Positions 59,362 to 61,320 of a stretch of DNA of 61,320 nucleotides are shown here, one piece after another. The stretch covers positions 1 to 61,320 of the forward strand of contig JAZSRD010000101.1 in assembly GCA_045538295.1 (NCBI GenBank), written 5' to 3'. Both the position numbers and the translations under genes were made by a program. The stretch comes from Eubacteriales bacterium. GTDB taxonomy: Bacteria; Bacillota; Clostridia; Oscillospirales; QAKW01. Position 1 is the stretch's first letter; every line of letters starts with the position of its first letter. Under the pieces are notes generated by a model that was given only the letters and a program-made list of their open reading frames with translations, did no database searches and had not been told where the DNA came from.

Positions 59362-60018
59362 ATGTTTAGTATCACAAGAAAAAACCGAGACATTTCCCAA
59401 TATTTTTATGATCATCAGGAAGATGTGGCAAAATGCTTTGAAAATTTTGAACATTTTTTTGAAGTACTTTTTACCGAGAATCCGGATAAAAACCAGTTGG
59501 AAACCATTAGGATCGCAGTGGAAAATTCCGAGGGCGCTGCCGATAAAGAGCTGCGCCACGTGGTAGACGCCATGAGCGGCTCATTTTTGCCCTCTACCCG
59601 CAAAACATTGATCTCTTTGGTACAGTGTACCGATGAGATTGCAAACACATGCGAAGAGATCGTGAAACAGATCATGATTGAAAAAATCAAACTCCCCACC
59701 TCCCTGCACCCGGAAATCCTCAAGGTCATTGCCATTACCGAAGGGCAGCTGGAAATTCTTTTTAAAGCCATCGACAAACTGCTCAACGACTATAAATATC
59801 TGGATAGCAACAGAAAGATCCTCGACGATGTTCGCCACGAAGAAACCCGTATTGATAAGATCGAAGCTTTACTGCACAGCCGCATCTTTGATTTAGACAT
59901 CTCCCTTTTTGAAAAAGTTTATTACAGAGATTTAATCGAAAACATTTGCCAAATTTCCGATATTATTGAAGACGTTTCTGACCAAATTCAAGTAATGCTG
60001 GTAGAGAGAGAGGGCTAA
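59362..60018 (+). CDS. DUF47-family (PhoU-like) phosphate transport regulator
   Basis: GGAGGG lies upstream of the ATG at 59362. The protein is helical and paired with a PiT transporter, as is typical for this family. Confidence 0.75.
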   Translation: MFSITRKNRDISQYFYDHQEDVAKCFENFEHFFEVLFTENPDKNQLETIRIAVENSEGAADKELRHVVDAMSGSFLPSTRKTLISLVQCTDEIANTCEEIVKQIMIEKIKLPTSLHPEILKVIAITEGQLEILFKAIDKLLNDYKYLDSNRKILDDVRHEETRIDKIEALLHSRIFDLDISLFEKVYYRDLIENICQISDIIEDVSDQIQVMLVEREG

Positions 60019-60025
60019 TTTACAG

Positions 60026-61087
60026 ATGATCTATCTTTTATTAGCCGCAGGCGTTTTTATGGGATGGTCGCTGGGCACCAACGACGCTGCCAATGCCTTT
60101 GGCACCGCCGTTTCCACCGGTGTTATTAAATACCGAACCGCCACCATCATCATTTCGGTTTTTGTGGTGATCGGCGCATTTTTAATGGGCGCCGGCAACA
60201 TGGAGAGCGTAAACGACCTGGCAATCAATAATGCAGTGATCCCCTCTACAGAGCAAGCAAAGGAACTGCTGAAAAACGGCGAGATGCATCTGGCGTTGAA
60301 ATCCGCAATCAAGGCATTTATTATATTCGTTTGTGCCGCCGGAACAGTGTTCCTGATGTCTTACTTGAAATTTCCCGTTTCTGCAAACCAGTCCATCACC
60401 GGTGCCATTATCGGATGGGGCGTTTTCCACGCAAATTACAGCGATCCCGCTGTTATGAGCGGTAATCTGAAACAAATTGCAAAGTTTGCCTCAACTTGGT
60501 TGCTTTGCCCTTTGGGTGCCGCAGTTATTTCATTTATTATCGTAAAGCTCGGCCAAAAACTTTTGATCCCAAAACTATCCTCTCTTTCTCATTACGATGC
60601 AATGATCAAGATCGGCTATCTGATCGCCGGCGGTTATGCCGCTTTTGGCATCGGTATGAACAGCTCCGCCAATGTAACCTCTCTTTATTACGGGCAAATG
60701 GTGGATGGCGTTGCCACCAACCTACTTACCGATGCACAGCTGACCTGTACCATCGGCGGAATAGCGATCGCTCTTGGCGTGTTGACTTACTCCAAAAAGG
60801 TAATGATGACCGTAGGTCAAAGCATTGCCCCCCTTACTCAAATTGAAGGCTTCTTGGTGGTTATTGCCATGGCGACCACCATCGTGTTGCTTGGCAACAT
60901 TATGAAGATCCCTGTTTCCACCTCCCAAGCCGTTGTGGGCGCTGTTGTGGGCGCAGGGCTTACCAAAAGCATCCGATGCGTAAACTTTGGCGTATTTAAA
61001 AACATTGCCATAGCATGGGTTTCTTCCCCGCTGATGGCAGGGATCCTTACCTATCTCACCGCTTTGGCCACGCAAAAATGGCTGTAA
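60026..61087 (+). CDS. PiT-family inorganic phosphate transporter
   Basis: It carries the N-terminal GTNDAANAFGTAVSTG and the C-terminal repeat PVSTSQAVVGAVVGAG. Confidence 0.9.
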   Translation: MIYLLLAAGVFMGWSLGTNDAANAFGTAVSTGVIKYRTATIIISVFVVIGAFLMGAGNMESVNDLAINNAVIPSTEQAKELLKNGEMHLALKSAIKAFIIFVCAAGTVFLMSYLKFPVSANQSITGAIIGWGVFHANYSDPAVMSGNLKQIAKFASTWLLCPLGAAVISFIIVKLGQKLLIPKLSSLSHYDAMIKIGYLIAGGYAAFGIGMNSSANVTSLYYGQMVDGVATNLLTDAQLTCTIGGIAIALGVLTYSKKVMMTVGQSIAPLTQIEGFLVVIAMATTIVLLGNIMKIPVSTSQAVVGAVVGAGLTKSIRCVNFGVFKNIAIAWVSSPLMAGILTYLTALATQKWL

Positions 61088-61102
61088 ATTAAATTCAAAA
61101 TA

Positions 61103-61130
61103 ACCCGACGATCGTCGGGGTATTTTTTTT
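61103..61130 (+). terminator. Terminator after the PiT gene
   Basis: The stem is cccgac-gatc-gtcggg, followed by T8. Confidence 0.75.
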
Positions 61131-61166
61131 GTAAAGCCGACTGCTTAAAAAACGTAAAAAGCCGCT

Positions 61167-61205
61167 CGCCGCAAAAGAAAAGAGCACCCACATAAGCGGG
61201 TGCTC
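61167..61205 (-). terminator. Minus-strand terminator closing an unidentified transcript that enters from the right window edge
   Basis: On the minus strand the hairpin is GAGCACCC-gcuuaugu-GGGUGCUC, followed by UUUUCUUUU. Confidence 0.6.
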
Positions 61206-61320
61206 CAAATATCGATAACTCTCACGTTTGCGGTGCCCGAAATTTTCTGCGCCCTTCAGCTTGAAAATTCCGACCGCAGCACCTGCTAACCTGCTCGCTT
61301 CATCCGCCACCGGCGGCGCT

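Noticed and set aside
61095-61310. A 71-aa minus-strand ORF at the right edge of the window.
   Set aside because: It reads through two intrinsic terminator hairpins and the PiT 3' region. It has a GTG start without an RBS, so it is most likely non-coding.

Overview
This is about 61 kb of chromosome from a spore-forming Firmicute, probably Clostridia-like. It carries spoIIGA-sigE, a T-box leader, a ZTP riboswitch, strong AAGGAGG ribosome-binding sites and many 4-nt gene overlaps. From about 7.1 kb onward it is ordinary, mid-GC housekeeping DNA. That part holds adhE, alr, nnr, pheST, an FGGY sugar kinase, rpe, ptsH, murJ, tsaD-rimI, polA, a TAXI-type TRAP transporter, a zur-znuACB zinc operon and a PiT phosphate transporter. 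It also holds a nine-gene purE-F-M-N-O-H-D-L-fhs operon behind a ZTP riboswitch. The left 7 kb (about 340-7000) is visibly AT-rich accessory DNA that continues past the left edge of the window. It contains (i) a restriction-modification cluster with two paralogous PD-ExK nuclease genes flanking a beta-class DPPY methyltransferase, plus a convergent enlarged Dam-family methyltransferase. It also contains (ii) a tightly packed three-gene operon (621-2758, minus strand) whose products I cannot place in any family. That operon has an HEPN-like Rx4H motif in the first protein and PIN-like terminal motifs in the third, and it is my best candidate for an undescribed defence system. Other points worth a second look are a PurF homologue lacking the N-terminal catalytic Cys, a split PurH (AICARFT-only plus archaeal-type PurO), and a 5'-truncated TAXI binding-protein gene next to an AT-rich lipoprotein mini-insertion at tRNA-Val. 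I also flag an extra lipoprotein gene in the zinc operon. I saw no CRISPR array, rRNA, transposase or integrase. All family assignments come from reading motifs by eye, and no database search was run.
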